64,000 nucleotides of DNA from Octopus sinensis. Lineage: Eukaryota. Below, piece by piece: positions 21,126-50,603 of this stretch. Under the pieces are notes generated by a model, which saw only the letters and a program-made list of their open reading frames with translations, made no database searches and was not told the origin of the DNA. The translations under genes and the position numbers were made by a program. How positions within the stretch are numbered: the stretch's first letter is position 1; each line of letters opens with the position of its first letter. The stretch is taken from positions 90,892,001-90,956,000 of the forward strand of contig NC_042998.1 of assembly GCF_006345805.1 (NCBI RefSeq). Reading direction: 5' to 3'.

Positions 21126-21899
21126 ATATAAGGTAAAAGAATTGAAAAGATTGTAACAGGCAGATTACCTATGAGAAGTCTAATAGTCAAACAGCTATAT
21201 TTTGGTATCTGTTTTGTTGAGAACCCTCAGGTGGTTGTAAACATTAGAAATATAATCATTTAAATCATCATGAGCAATGCTTCAAAAATGTCTTGATGCC
21301 ATCCAAACAGCAGTTATAGAGAAACAGTGTGATGATGGCACCTACCTCCAGATAAGATGACTTCTTGAGCTAAAGAGTTTTCTATGGCATGTTGATGAAA
21401 TTTTGAAATAAGTTTGAGCATCATTATTCTTCCTGTGTGATTAAGAAGTTTTGCTTCTCAACGTGATTTCAGATCAGAACCACTGCATAGCACCAGAGGC
21501 AAGTGTCTTCTACTCTTAAACCCTGAGCTAATCCCTTGTGAAAGAATTTGGTAGTGGGGACTCTAAAATACTCATGTATACCTGTGTCAATATTTACAAA
21601 ATGATGCTGAGCTATGGACTGTGATGTCACCTTTTGTGGGTTAGCTGCAACCAGTGACATTTGTTAATATTTCCTGTCAAGTCGTCTGCTAGATCTACAG
21701 TTTCAAATTTCTCTGAAATAATTCTTTGCTTCAAAAGCAAGTAAGGGTTGATAATTGGAAGTGTATCTAGTGATAAAAATTCTGTCTCAATTTCTTTCCA
21801 CCTAAGCTATGCTTGCATGAAATACTAACAGTAACCCTTTACCATTCAGATTACTCTATCAGATGTAATTTTGTTTTTTGTTTTGTTTGTTTTTGTTTT

Positions 21900-22100
21900 T
21901 CCAGTTTCAGCTCTTGAGCTGTGGCCATGCTGGGGCACCGCCATTGTGGTGAAAGAGTACAGCAGGGATCACCACCCCCTGCCGGAGCCTCGTAGAGCTT
22001 TTAGGTGTTTTCGCTCAATAAACACACACAACGCCCAGTCTGAGAATCGAAACTGCGACCGCGAGTCCGCTGCCCTAACCACTAGGCCATTGCGCCTCTA
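21900..22100 (-). mobile_element. Relatively young tRNA-derived SINE
   Basis: Minus-strand head GAGGCGCAATGGCCTAGTGGTTAGGGCAGCGGACTCGCGGTCGCAGTTTCGATTC with A and B boxes; simple-repeat (AAAAC)n tail. Confidence 0.75.
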
Positions 22101-22469
22101 CTTGATTATATATTTTGAATTAATCATGCATTATCTCATAGCTTTGAGATTTCAATAATATGATTGTTTTAGTTTTAGAATAGCATTGTAGGATCGGTGT
22201 GAGAAGCCAGATCTGTCCAGTTAGAATATAATGTAGGTAGTGGGCCAGTTTTAGTGGCCACAGGTATTTTTCATTGAGATAGAAGCCAACACAGAGTTAC
22301 TGCAATAGCATAAGAAGCTTACATTCAGATACCCAGGGCTAGGTAGCTCACTAGATCTACTTGTGTTTTATTCCAAATTTCAAGAAATTATATTTTATTT
22401 TTCTAATATTTCATCTACTGTCATGGAGCTTCCATAATTATGGAGTCAACAGTAATTATTTCTAATTTT

Positions 22470-22870
22470 AGCACAAAACTAGCAATTTGTGGGGACAATT
22501 CAATTACATTAACTGTTGTACTTGACTGGTACTTCATTTTATCAACCCCAAAAGGATGAAAGGCAAAGTCAGCTATGGCAGAACTTGAACTCCATGTAAA
22601 AAGTTAGAAGAAATGCCACTAAACATTTTCCTGATGCACTAACAATTTTGCCAGCTTACTGCTTTAGAGTTCACAATAATGATTTCAAATGTTGGCACAC
22701 GGCCAGCAGTTTTAGGGGAGGGGGTAAGTTGATTACATCAACCCTAATATTCAACTGATACTTATTTTATCAACCCCCAAAAAATGAAAGGCAAAGTGGA
22801 CCTTGGCAGGATTTGAACTTGGAACATAATGAATAGGAAAAATGCTTCTAAGCATTTTATCTTATTCTAC
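22470..22870 (+). repeat. Two tandem copies of the GGATGAAAGGCAAAGTC repeat family
   Basis: ttatcaaccccaaaaggatgaaaggcaaagtc... occurs twice, about 230 bp apart. Confidence 0.7.
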
Positions 22871-22929
22871 CAGTTTGTCACATTAGACAACAATAATAAT
22901 TGAATGATGCTATTTTAAGCAAGTAGAGA

Positions 22930-23140
22930 TACATGACTTAGTGGTTAGGGTGTTGGATTTGTGATTGTAAGATTATGGTTTCAATTCCTGTACTGGGCGA
23001 TGCATTGTGTTGAGCAAAAGAACTTCATTTCACATAGCTGCAGTCAACTCAACTGGTAAAAATAAGTAATCCTGCCATGGATCAGTGTACCATCTAAGGA
23101 GGAATATATATATGCTGGAGAGATCAGGAAACTGGCCCTA
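22930..23140 (+). mobile_element. tRNA-derived SINE (V-domain-like)
   Basis: CATGACTTAGTGGTTAGGG...TCAATTCC..TTGAGCAA...CTTCATTTCAC; same family as 2088-2300. Confidence 0.7.
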
Positions 23141-23565
23141 TGTTCCTTAAGGAGTAATGTAGACTAACCTGTATTAAGTACATAACTCAAGGAAGTAGAT
23201 CCCAGGTGTCTTATATTCCAGCTGAAATATTATAGCAAACTGTAATAAGATATCCATAATTCAAGAGCCATGAATCCAGCATATTAACCTTTCAGCTATT
23301 ATATACCATCAGTTCCTATCATTAACAGATTACAAAAATATATCAAGTAATTAGAATGTAGAACATAAAAATGTATGGCTATAACATTTTCCTTTTATTT
23401 GAGAAATTATCTCTGAATGAAAAACAAGCCAAATGTTCAAAAATGTTCAAATATATTAACAAACTTTTCTGTTTTATTAAAAAAAAAAAAGGTTCTGTGT
23501 CTGTTTAATCCAGAAATCTAAAATTCTGTGTTTAGAAATTTTGAAAACAGCTAGTTTCTTCAAAG

Positions 23566-39987
<16,422 letters not shown>

Positions 39988-41044
39988 GCCGACAGCGGGG
40001 ACTATCTTCACGTGATGCACTCTTTCAAAGTTCCGTGTAGAAATGTATAACTGGGATTAATCATATAAGACTATATCAAGAACTATGAAATATAATTCAA
40101 ATCAGAATTTTAATAGCTAATAATATTTTTGCTTCTTTTGAAGATATTTGTCCTTTATATATTTCAAGAAGAATTTCACTTATTTTTTTTTTAAACAATG
40201 TAATATTATCGAAACTAAATATTGCCTAAATCATCCATTGCATACTGAAATTTTCGTCAAATATCTTCATTATTCAAATAAATATTAAATTACATTAAAA
40301 ATTTTATGTACAAAAAATATATTTAATAATATATTTAATTATAAAAATTATATAATCGTCTGCTTTAAGTAAATGTACCGCAATTAAGGGAAATAACTCT
40401 AGCTTATATTTGGAAACCTTTTATAGTCTCGTTGTTTTGTTTTGTTTTCTTTCTTTTTCTTTCTATCAATCTAATTTACTGTGATCTTTATTTGACATTA
40501 ATTCTGTTATATAAAGAAAACATTCATTCAGTGAGTGATATCAGTTCAATTTTTCTTCCGTGAAACAAAAAGTTACCAATCCGTAACTCAAAACTGAAAA
40601 ATAACTATGGGAAAGACTTGACTTTTCAACTTTGAAAACGATTGAAAACAACAACTGTATGAAAAAATAAATTTATTAAAAGAAAAAAAGGAAGAAAGAA
40701 CAAATTAAAAATATAAAAGTTTCTCCCATTTCAAAATTTCAGCGAAAGCAATGTTTTAGAAGTTGATGTCCATTAAAGCCTTTGTCCTTGATTGGCCTCA
40801 TAATTACTTAAGTTTCCCATCTATGGATTTCATCCGTTTCACACCTCTTGTTATAGAAATTTAATCCCAAATTACTCCGTTGCAGCTTTGGGTGAAAATG
40901 ATCAAACTTTAAGCTTCTCTAACTTCTTTAAAAAATGTTTTCTAGAGGAAGTGAAATAATTCCAGCAAGTCAACTTGGAAAACCACATTAGTGTACCAAA
41001 TTTTTAAATTTTCAATAAACTTTAATTATTGAAATCTTGGTAGC

Positions 41045-44000
41045 TAAACTTTTATATCTTTGACAAACATTGGATATATAATTTAACGATGCAAAGGTAG
41101 TTCGCGAAACGCCAAAACGCCCTCTCAACGACCCCTATCTCAATCAATACGCTACTCTTTATAAGAATTCGGCAAGTCCATTCTTCCAATTCCCTAGGGG
41201 TGTCAATGACTTTCGCCACATCTCCCCCTTTGAGATTGACTTCCATTGGAAGTTAATATTATTTTCATTTATTTATTTTCCTTTCATTACATCTTCCTTT
41301 TTGAGATTTTCCTCCTGGGGAAATTTAATACTTCTTCCGTTTATGCACTACTTCCAACCGTTCTGTTTGTTTTCTCTTTCCTGTGCTGCTACGACGACTA
41401 GGTTCGATTTCTTGTGGCGTTGGAACATCAAAAGTGTCGTACAACACCTCCATAGGTGTCTCTTTTCTTTTTTCCGTATATCTTTTTTTTTTTCTTTTGC
41501 TAGTTTAAATGTCTTTTGTGTTCCCATTTTTCACCTCTAATCATATGTCATTTTGCGTATTCTTTTTGTTACTACTCCGTCTTCCCAACTTCCATTTTTA
41601 TATATCTTGAAAAACACCTTGTCACCGATATTAAAATGCTTTGTCGTATATTTAGTGTTTTCCTTATTTGTTTTTCTTATTGGTAACAAATTGTTGAAAA
41701 TTAACTTTGTTTTTCGAGCAAACATTACTTCTGCTGGCGACTTGCCTGAAAAAGTGTTTGATTTTGGTGTTATCCCATAAACCCTCAAGAATTGTGTCAA
41801 TGCTGCGTCATCGACTAGCTTGCTTCTTGATTTCTTTAATGCGCTTTTAAATGTATCCACGAACTTTTCCGCTTGCCCGTTTGATCTTGGTTGATACGGA
41901 GAAGTAGTGATATGTTCAATTGAGTACATCTTGCAAAAATTCTTAAATTCATTCGCCGTGAATTGTGTACCGTTATCGGAGATTATGGTATCCGGGACAC
42001 CATACCTAGCAAAAAGTTCGTGTAGAAATTACACTGTTACTGTGGATGTTGGTTTTCTCCATTTACACATTTCTGACCATTTAGTAAAACTATCTACCAT
42101 TATTAGATAATATGATTGGTTTAACGGTCCTGCGAAGTCTATGTGTAGTCGGGACCATAGAATATCGGTCTTAGGCCAAGGTTGAAATTTTATAGGTGAT
42201 AATTTCACTTCAAGGGCACAACTTCTGCAGCATTTTACCCACTTCTCACTATCTAGATCTATTTTTGACCAGTAAACATAACTCCTCATAAGCGACTTCA
42301 TCCTAGAAATTCCTGGATGTCCAGTGTGGAATTCCTTTAACATTCGACCTTGTAGTGAGGTAGGCATTACGATCCTCTGTGCATACATAAGCACATTATC
42401 ACATATCGAATACAAATTCGAAACTGTATTATGTCCAGCCACACATTTTTTTTTTTGTTTCTTCTGATCTCACTATTTTTTTCATTTTTATGATGAACTC
42501 ACCCGTCTCTGCCTTAATTTTTATTTCCTCCAATGTCACAGGCAATTCACGCACAACATTGCACAATATTTATTTAAATTTCGGCTTTTAACTCCGCTAT
42601 CACTGTGTCTTCTAGTGGTTCACTGTATTTTGGTATTAACCCTGACAAACCATTTGTGCATCTTAATTTTTTCGATAGCAAATACTCCAGTTTGAAATCG
42701 TAATTCAGTAGGATCATTCCTCAGCGCTGTAATCTGTTGGCTGTATATGCGAGGATACCCTTTTTTGATTCATAGATCGACAATAATGGGCGGTGGTCTA
42801 TCTGTAGACGGAACCTTCTTCCATGTATGAATTTATGGAATTTTTTTTACCGCAAATATTAAGGCTAATGCCTCTTTTTCTATTTGATTGTAACTTTTCT
42901 CAGACGGCAATAATGAACGCGAAGCATGAGCTACTGCTTTCAGGCTACTATCTTCATATTTGTGTAAAATCACAGCTCCAATCCACTTCACTAGCAACTA
43001 CTGCCACTGCTATTTCCAAATTCGAGTCAAAATGTGATAACGACAATTCTGACGTTAAGATGTTTTTAATTTCTTCAAAAGCTTTTTGGCATTTGTTCGA
43101 CCAGTTCCACTAAATGTCTTTTTTTAACAAGTTATTCAGGGGTGCTCTTAAATCGTGCATATTCGGTATGTACACCTGATAATAATTTGCGAGCCTCCAA
43201 AGTGCTTGTAATGTTTGTCGGGGAAGGCATTTTTTTTATTGCACTCGACCAAGATGGATCTGGTCTGCGTCCATTTTCATCAATAATCTACCTAGATATT
43301 TTATTCTTGGCATAGAAATTCACACTTTTCCTCGCTGAGCTTAAACCCATAATCTTTTATTCTTTCGAAGACCTTTTTAACATGCTCAGCATGCTGACCC
43401 CGAGATTCACTTTTTATGAGTATGTCGTCAAGGTAAGCTACAGTGTAATCCGAACCTTGGAGCATAATATCCATAACTTGTTGGAAAATGCTAGGTGCTA
43501 CCTTTATACCAAAGAGGAGTCGATTAAAGTTTATACAATCCGTTGTGTGTATCTATTGTCAATAATTTTGAACATTTCTCATCGACTTTTACCTACAAAT
43601 ATGCTTCAGGTAAGTCCAATTTTGAAAAGATTTTTCCTCCATTCAACTTCGCGAAAATTTCCTCCGGACTTGGTAACGGGTAATTACATGGCAGCAAACA
43701 TTCATTTAATCCCGTTGACAAATCAGCGCATACTCATTGAGGTTATAATGAATTATTGTTATCCGAGTAATTTAATACTTTAGACATTCCAATTTTTACT
43801 TTCTTCTTTGAAGATTTCTTCGTTTCTTCTAAAACATGCAGAAAAAGTAGGACCTTGTTATGGGTTATAAATAAATTATACAACTGAGTTTGCTACGCCG
43901 TCTGACGAGAACGAACCTGAAGTACTTTCAGACTTCTTCAACATTATTTCCACTTGGTATTGTTGTTGTTTGTTTGTTGAGCGAAGCGGTCTTCGTCCCA

Positions 44001-44587
44001 GAGCTCGCAAGATCGCGCCTCAGGATTGTCCGTAGTGGGAGAAGTCCGAAACGTGGTCCTTTGCTATTCGTAAGACCCGCAGAAGAGAAAGCAGGTCAAC
44101 CCCCGACACCGAGAGCATCGACGGATGGATGAATGCGCATCCAGGCTCAGCGGTTGCGTAGGAAATCGGGGACAAGAAACAGGAAGAAAGAGTGAGAGAA
44201 AGTTAGAGCGAAAGAGTACTACACGGGTCGCCCCCCCCCCCTGCCGGAGCCTCGTGTTGTTGCTGTTGCAATTGCACCACGCAAGCCAATAAGTCTTCCA
44301 TGATAATGATTTTTCTTTGATTTCGTACCAAAAAAAAAAAAAAAAAATTTAACGTCCGGCGCAAGCTTCGAATATCTCGTCGTCACTTTTATATCCTTGT
44401 CAAACGTTGGATATATAATTTGACGATGCGGAGGTAAAATCAATGTTCACACGACGTAGTTCGCGAGACGCCAAAACGCCCTCTCGACGACTCCTATCGA
44501 CCTCTGTCACAACCAAAATGCTACTCTATAAGAGTTCAGCGTGTCTATTCTTCCAATCCCCCACGAGTGTCAACAACTCTCGCCACA
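41045..44587 (-). mobile_element. Ty3/Gypsy LTR retrotransposon (Mag/K02A2.6-like), degenerate, gag/protease missing
   Basis: RT remnants (FSKLDL, AYLDDILI) at about 43250-43760, RNaseH at about 42600-43150, integrase (GHPGISRMKSLMRSYVYW, WSRLHIDFAGP, PYQPRSNGQAEKFV) at 41540-42440. LTR-like direct repeats at about 41045-41220 and 44385-44587 both begin TGTGGCG on minus. The PPT AAAGGGGGAGA abuts the 3' LTR. Confidence 0.9.
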
Positions 44588-44989
44588 ACACAGACAGAAA
44601 AGATCCAGTATTTTAATAATCAGAGCTATATACATGCGATTTACTAGTAAATGCATGTACATGTAAATAGAATAAAGAAAAAGAACTTGAACGATTTATA
44701 CCAACAGTAATTTCCCTCCAACTGGGAGAGAACTCACTTTACTCGAAATCGCAGGCCTATACCTGCATACTTCCTATTACTTTTAACAACTTACATGCAG
44801 CTAATGTCGATTTTCATTTTTTAAACCTTCAATATACAGGCATAATCCATATGCCACATAGATACTTTTCACTAAACCTGTACTACTTCCATGAACAGAG
44901 ACCTCGTGAACTACCAAGTCGGAACAACACATAATTAAAACCTTTCAAGTCGCTACAAATGTTACGCCTCACAATCTATGAAGGTCTCC

Positions 44990-45675
44990 AACAGATATTT
45001 TGTTTGGTGGATGCATCTAGAGCTTAGTACATGTATTATTAAATGCAAGGGCCGCTGAAGTGTCCTTTATGGGTCTTGAACCTTTCCAAAAGATTTTTGA
45101 AATTTTATGTCTTTGTGGGCCATTGAACTGTTGATGATTTTTAGGTAGTCTTAAACCGTTCAGCGACGTGCAACCAAGAGAATACCCTCTATCAGGCATT
45201 TGCCATATTCTGAACGCCTTACTTCCCTGGGCATGGATACATTGAAACTCCGACGTCTGGCAGCTGACTTGGCAGACACCCATAAAATTATTAAAAATCT
45301 TACTAACAATAACTCTGAGCACCTTTTCAAACTCCACCTGTCTAACACCCGTGGACATGTTTACAAAGTTAGAAAACAGCACAGCTCCCATGACTTTCGG
45401 AAACATTTTTTCACGTTAAGAGTTACTGAAGTATGGAACAAATTGCCGGCATCAGTTGTTAGTTGTCGGAGCATGCATCCTTCAAAACTTCCATGCTTCT
45501 TGAGATTCGCTAACACTACACCTGATTTTCCCCCCTCCATACACACGCAAGCATGTATCTGATTCATACACTGTTCACTTTCCAGACATTAGTACATTAC
45601 TGCACATGCTTTATACGCACTTTTGACAAGTTGTTGTGCACCTGAGCACTGTATACAATAATTTCATTATTATAA
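44990..45675 (+). mobile_element. CR1/L2-type LINE 3' fragment
   Basis: PYSERLTSLGMDTLKLRRLAADL...TRGH...FFTLRVTEVWNKLP; 3' tail cacctgagcactgtatacaataa(tta)n, also seen at about 62875-62915. Confidence 0.85.
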
Positions 45676-45903
45676 GTTTATTTAACTTTTGCTGACACAG
45701 GTATTGCCAATGGAAATGGACGGGTCGGGGGACTAAACCGAGTTATCCTTAATATGTAAGATATGATACGCATGTCGACCAAGAGTAGATATATCAAGAC
45801 TATCCAAGTGGTCCATTACTGAAGGAAGTGAAGGATCTGTGTTATTTAGTTACAGTCTTTTATGTCTTGAGTTCAAATCTTGCCACAGTCACCTTTGGGA
45901 TCA

Positions 45904-47008
45904 GGGATCTTTTCCTTTTGATGGACGGAATTTTCTAGTTAACTAAACAATTTGAAACTTCGTATACTGGTAGAATGTGTCAAAAGAAAACATTATTGCA
46001 AACAAAATTGTAATTTGTAAGTTTAACGTAGTTTAATTCTTCGAATTTTAACCAATGAAATGCCAGCATTTCAGCTCAAATCATTTGCTGCGTTATCGAT
46101 ATTGATAAACAAACATAGCAGACGCACGCCGCATACACACACACATATATTCAGATACATACACACGTACACTTGCACTCTGTCTCTCAAACACATGCAT
46201 ATACATTTGCACAAGCACATAGTAATTAATATATAAGCGTACACACATACAAACGGAGATATACATACACACACATACGCACAGAAGCACTGGTGTCGAT
46301 AGAATCGACTTAATACTTTTGTATCTCATGCTTTGTCCTCTCTGTGTTTTGCCCCTTGCCGCAATAAATTTACACAAAAGGTAAATAAACCAGAACGGGG
46401 GGGGGGGTCAATGTTTCATCGTTTCGGGGTCGATAAATTAAGTACCAATTATGCACTGGTGTCGAGGATTTTTTTCCCAATTTATATCACAGCCTCCGAC
46501 AAGCTGGGGCATCCTTTTATGAAAAAATATTTCGCAAATTTTTACAATACGACCCACACTCCACGCGCACCCTCTAGACCAATTTAGGCATATTATTGTT
46601 TTGTTTTTGTTGTTTCTGGCCCTTGAAAACCATGGGAGAAGCCTTTTCGGTAAAAAAAAAATAAAGAAAATATTCAAAAAATATCGTTAATATTTTTATT
46701 GGGCGACGAAATTCATCGATTTAAGAGATATAGCTGTTATTTGTAGCACATGCAGAAGACAGACAGAAGAGAGAAGGATGAATAACACGTGTGTCTGTGT
46801 GTTTGTCTGAGTTTTTAGACGCAGCAAATGATTTGAGCTGAAATGCTGGCATTTCATTGGTTAACATTCGAAGAATTAAACTACGTTAAACTTACAAATT
46901 ACAATTTTGTTTACAATAATGTTTTCTTTTGACACATTCTACCAGTATACGAAGTTTCAAATTGTTTAGTTAACTAGAAAATCCCGTCCATCAAAAGGAA
47001 AAGATTCC
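45904..47008. mobile_element. Non-autonomous DNA transposon with about 200-bp TIRs and nested SINE/microsatellite sequence
   Basis: 45904-46095 is the near-perfect reverse complement of 46818-47008. Confidence 0.88.
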
Positions 47009-48328
47009 TGCTTTGCCGTAAGAGGAAGTTTAAACTGGGTTCGAAATCCGAACTTGTGAATCCTCGAAACATCAGTAAAACTGTTAAATTACTTTTTGAT
47101 CTGGTCTAGTTACCCCAAAATTTATTTGAGTTAAATCACCCAGTCAAGTGTTTTATCTTGACTTTTCTGTTCATGACTCAACTTTGTAAAGCTTATTGTT
47201 AAAATATACAGAGATCATGAGTCAGTTGCTTGGCATTCGAAACCATACACGTCGCTGCTGGCTTCAAGCAACAACCCCACAGCGTCTACTTTGCCCTGGT
47301 TGTCACAACTATCAACACCGTTGTCAATTTTGACTAATTCTTATCAGTAGCTTGTCAAAATCTAATATCAAGTACGTAAACGTACCCCCCCCCCCCATAC
47401 ACACTCTCTTTTTATGAATGGTTGAATCCTCATTATCGCATACATAAATATACGCTGTGGTCTTTTGTCTACCAAAGAACATTCTCTCTGTGTCAGTAGT
47501 AACTCAGTATAATTCTAGTAAGTGTTAATAAATGAAATATTTCTATCTCACAAAAAATCGTCAACGATTCCTTTTAAAAAACTTTCAGCAACCTTTGCGA
47601 AGGTTGAAATGTTGCTTTTAATGAATTTGTGAGACATGATCACTCAACACTGTGAGACTATTGAAAGTATTGGAAAAGGATCAGTCTCGTGCGTGTATTA
47701 ACCGATTCTCGTGAACCTGTAAGAGCGAATAAAATGTACAGCAAAGGTGTAGTAACAACGTTTAAAGAACCTGTATCTGAACTATGTGGTCAATGAACAG
47801 AATACCTTGGATGAAATTCTGAATATCAGACAGAAGTAAAATGAACTTTTATTAGCTCGTGTTTATGATTGTTGTTCTCTTATAAAGTAGAGAGTTTGCT
47901 CTAATTTAGTGAAAAAGAACACATTTTACATAACGTAAACATGGGAGAGAGAAAAAAATCAACAAATAAATAACTACAATAAAGGCATACACACACCGTC
48001 TATTATACAATGCGCCAAGGGCATTACGGAAGATGATGGTGAGGTTGAGGTACTGGAACAGCTGAGCAATCACTGGAACATCGTTTAATAATTTAGTGAT
48101 TGTGGGCGGGGGGTGCTTACGAAATAAAAAAAGAAACAAAAACTTGCTGGTCACTGGTTAGCAATGTCTCAAAAGTCACAGGTGGAAGATTGTAACTTTT
48201 TGAAATTTGTTTTCTTTTTCTCACTGTTAGCTTTTGTAAATTCCATGGTTTTTCACTAAATTATCTCAAATATATATTTTTTAAATATAAATACTGAGTT
48301 ATAAATTTATGATGCAAGTGCTAATTTA

Positions 48329-48734
48329 GGATCTTTTCGGTTTGAACGGCAGTTTTTTTCTAACGGTGCCATATGAAATTGTCACACATAATTATGACCC
48401 TAGTATCGATCTATTGCATTTCAATCTGTTTTAGGGTTAGGGGTGGGGGGAAGGGTATCTTGTTTTCTTCACAGATGTAAATAAATCCAATCTGTTTCTT
48501 AAACGAGGGACATATTCACACGGCACAGAATGTTTTTTTTTACCTCAATAGACGTCAGTAATTGGTTGAAATTGCAGAAAAAAACAACAAATATCTTACA
48601 AACTATAGAATTTTCTCAATAAAGCCAAGAGAAAAAGATGTTTTATAAACACATTCTACCAGTATACGAAGTTTAAAATGATTTAGTTACCTATAAATTA
48701 TGTTAAAAACTGCCGTTCAAACCGAAAAGATTCC
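48329..48734. mobile_element. TA-flanked MITE, related to the 45904-47008 element
   Basis: TIR GG(A)ATCTTTTCGGTTTGAACGGCAGTTTTT at both ends, flanked by TA; the interior shares CACATTCTACCAGTATACGAAGTTT with the long-TIR element. Confidence 0.85.
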
Positions 48735-48970
48735 TAATGTATATTACAGTACAATACTTATAATGCTTTATTCGGTTATTTCACCGTCGCCGCTCTTCGC
48801 TATCTCTCGTGCACAAGAAATTCTAAGTGTTTTTTTTTTCTTTGTTTTTAAACTTTTTCTTCATTTCTCCATATGCTTCTTTCCTTCAATTCTTTTGATA
48901 ATCGTTGCTTTCCTATGTCATGCTGGATCTTCGATATCTTGGTTTCCTTATCCACTCCCACTGCTGCTAA

Positions 48971-49476
48971 TCTATATATATAAAACTCTAGTTGTGTGAG
49001 TGTCTGTCCCCTTCGATTTAGATTCCTAACTCCTCCCACATTTTGCGGTGCAGTTTAACCAAATTCGGGTATCTTATAGTCGTGATTCATATCGAGCCCG
49101 TCTGACTATTAGCGCGCGTCAACGATGAGTCTACGATTTTAAAAATAATTTAACATCATTTTTTATTCCATTTTAATGCATAAAATGCATCGTGTGTCGA
49201 TGGCGGCGGAGTTGGCGTCCACGCTCACAGCTGCACCTGTTTGCTTCTCCCCCTTCCCTCCCTCGTGAAGCTGTGGGGAAGGGAGTGTAAAGAAATCAAC
49301 GTCGTAATGCGTTGTGAAGGAAACCAGCGTTCTTTTAGAACAACGACTTCATGGCTTGAAGACACCAAAACAAAAATGGCTAAGAAAGCCCGAATTTATA
49401 AGGGAAGTAACTCTCTAAAAATGCTTATAAAGTTATTTCCCTTACAAACCCGAGCAACGCCGGGCGATACTGCTAG
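48971..49476 (+). mobile_element. Non-autonomous Helitron
   Basis: 5' A|TCTATATATATAAAA; 3' hairpin CCCG-AGCAACGC-CGGG followed by CTAG|T; no TSD. Confidence 0.8.
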
Positions 49477-50432
49477 TGTTATATAAATAATAGGACCAGG
49501 TAATATTTCCTGAGACTGAAGTAATTACCTTTAGCGAACATTCTGCGCACTTGTAATTTCATTTCATGGGTGCATTTATTATTAATAAAACTAAATAATT
49601 AATCATTTAATGATTTTTCCATTCGAAAATTTACGTATTTATTTTGAATTTTCTTTTTCTTTTAGTTACTTAATGTATACTTTAAATGTGGGGTATGCGG
49701 GATTTGTCCCATACTTGCGTTGCTAATCAAAATCTAAGATAATACTCTGATAAAGTTATCTGAAACAACCGACCTGAGGAGCTGACGCAATTAATGAGAG
49801 AAATTTCAGTATTAAGGCGGTGTAACTCTAAAATAGTTTCATAAATTAAAACTGCTCTCAATGTATGATTTATATTAGTTGTACCCAGTAAGAAACTAGC
49901 ATTGTAAGTATTTAATTTAATTGATTTTAATTAACTTGATATTTCAAATTAACAAGCAAGAGCTTTTTTTCTGTAAATTATGATTATTTAGAATGAAAAA
50001 AGTTTTATTTTCATATAAATCAACACACATCAAATGCTAATTATAACTTTAGATATTTTTAACTTAGTTAATGATTATATAAAAATGATTTTTGTAAGAT
50101 TGTTAGATTCTTAAACTTAATTATTTTCTAACATATTAACTAATTATAAACTGAAAGTAACGATATGATCAGACTGTTTCAGTATTTTTGTTAGTTTTCT
50201 AAATTGATTTTTTATATTCAAATTTAGTTATTATTTTATTGGTCATTCCTGGAAAATCATAAATGATTTTAATTATTGTTTTTACGAATTGAAGTTTTCT
50301 TCGGAATGTTTGATTGAGTGCATCACGTCTCTTCGTGGTGTTTCATGTGTTGACGTCGGTGTATTGTTGAATGTGTGAATTCGAAAGCCGGTGTTAAATC
50401 GATATTACTTATTTAATTTTGATAGAGAAATA

Positions 50433-50603
50433 ATGGCAGATATTTCTGTGGAAGCTCCTCCGTCATCTGGCGATGCCATGGACGGAGCACCGAAACCTAA
50501 AACAGCTGCCCAGCTGAAAAAAGAAGCCCAAAAGCAGGCTAAACTTGAGAAATTCAAAGCTAAGCAAGAGAAATTACAGGCCAAGAAAGATGACAATAGC
50601 GAG
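50433..50603 (+). CDS. VARS1: VARS coding exon 1
   Basis: [57 protein letters not shown]; donor GTAAGA. Confidence 0.9.

Noticed and set aside
21990-22100. tRNA-like sequences here and at 2270-2300, 20805-20870, 22930-22990 and 59998-60060
   Set aside because: They are SINE heads: they continue into shared SINE bodies and cannot form a full cloverleaf.
39988-40020. ORF-track N-terminus MHHVKIVPAVG of PTGES2
   Set aside because: The track starts at a GTG; the first ATG, in good Kozak context, is at 39987.
47580-48170. Coding-like stretches in the PTGES2-VARS intergenic region
   Set aside because: Multiple stops in all frames and no recognisable motif; probably old transposon debris that cannot be assigned without a database search.
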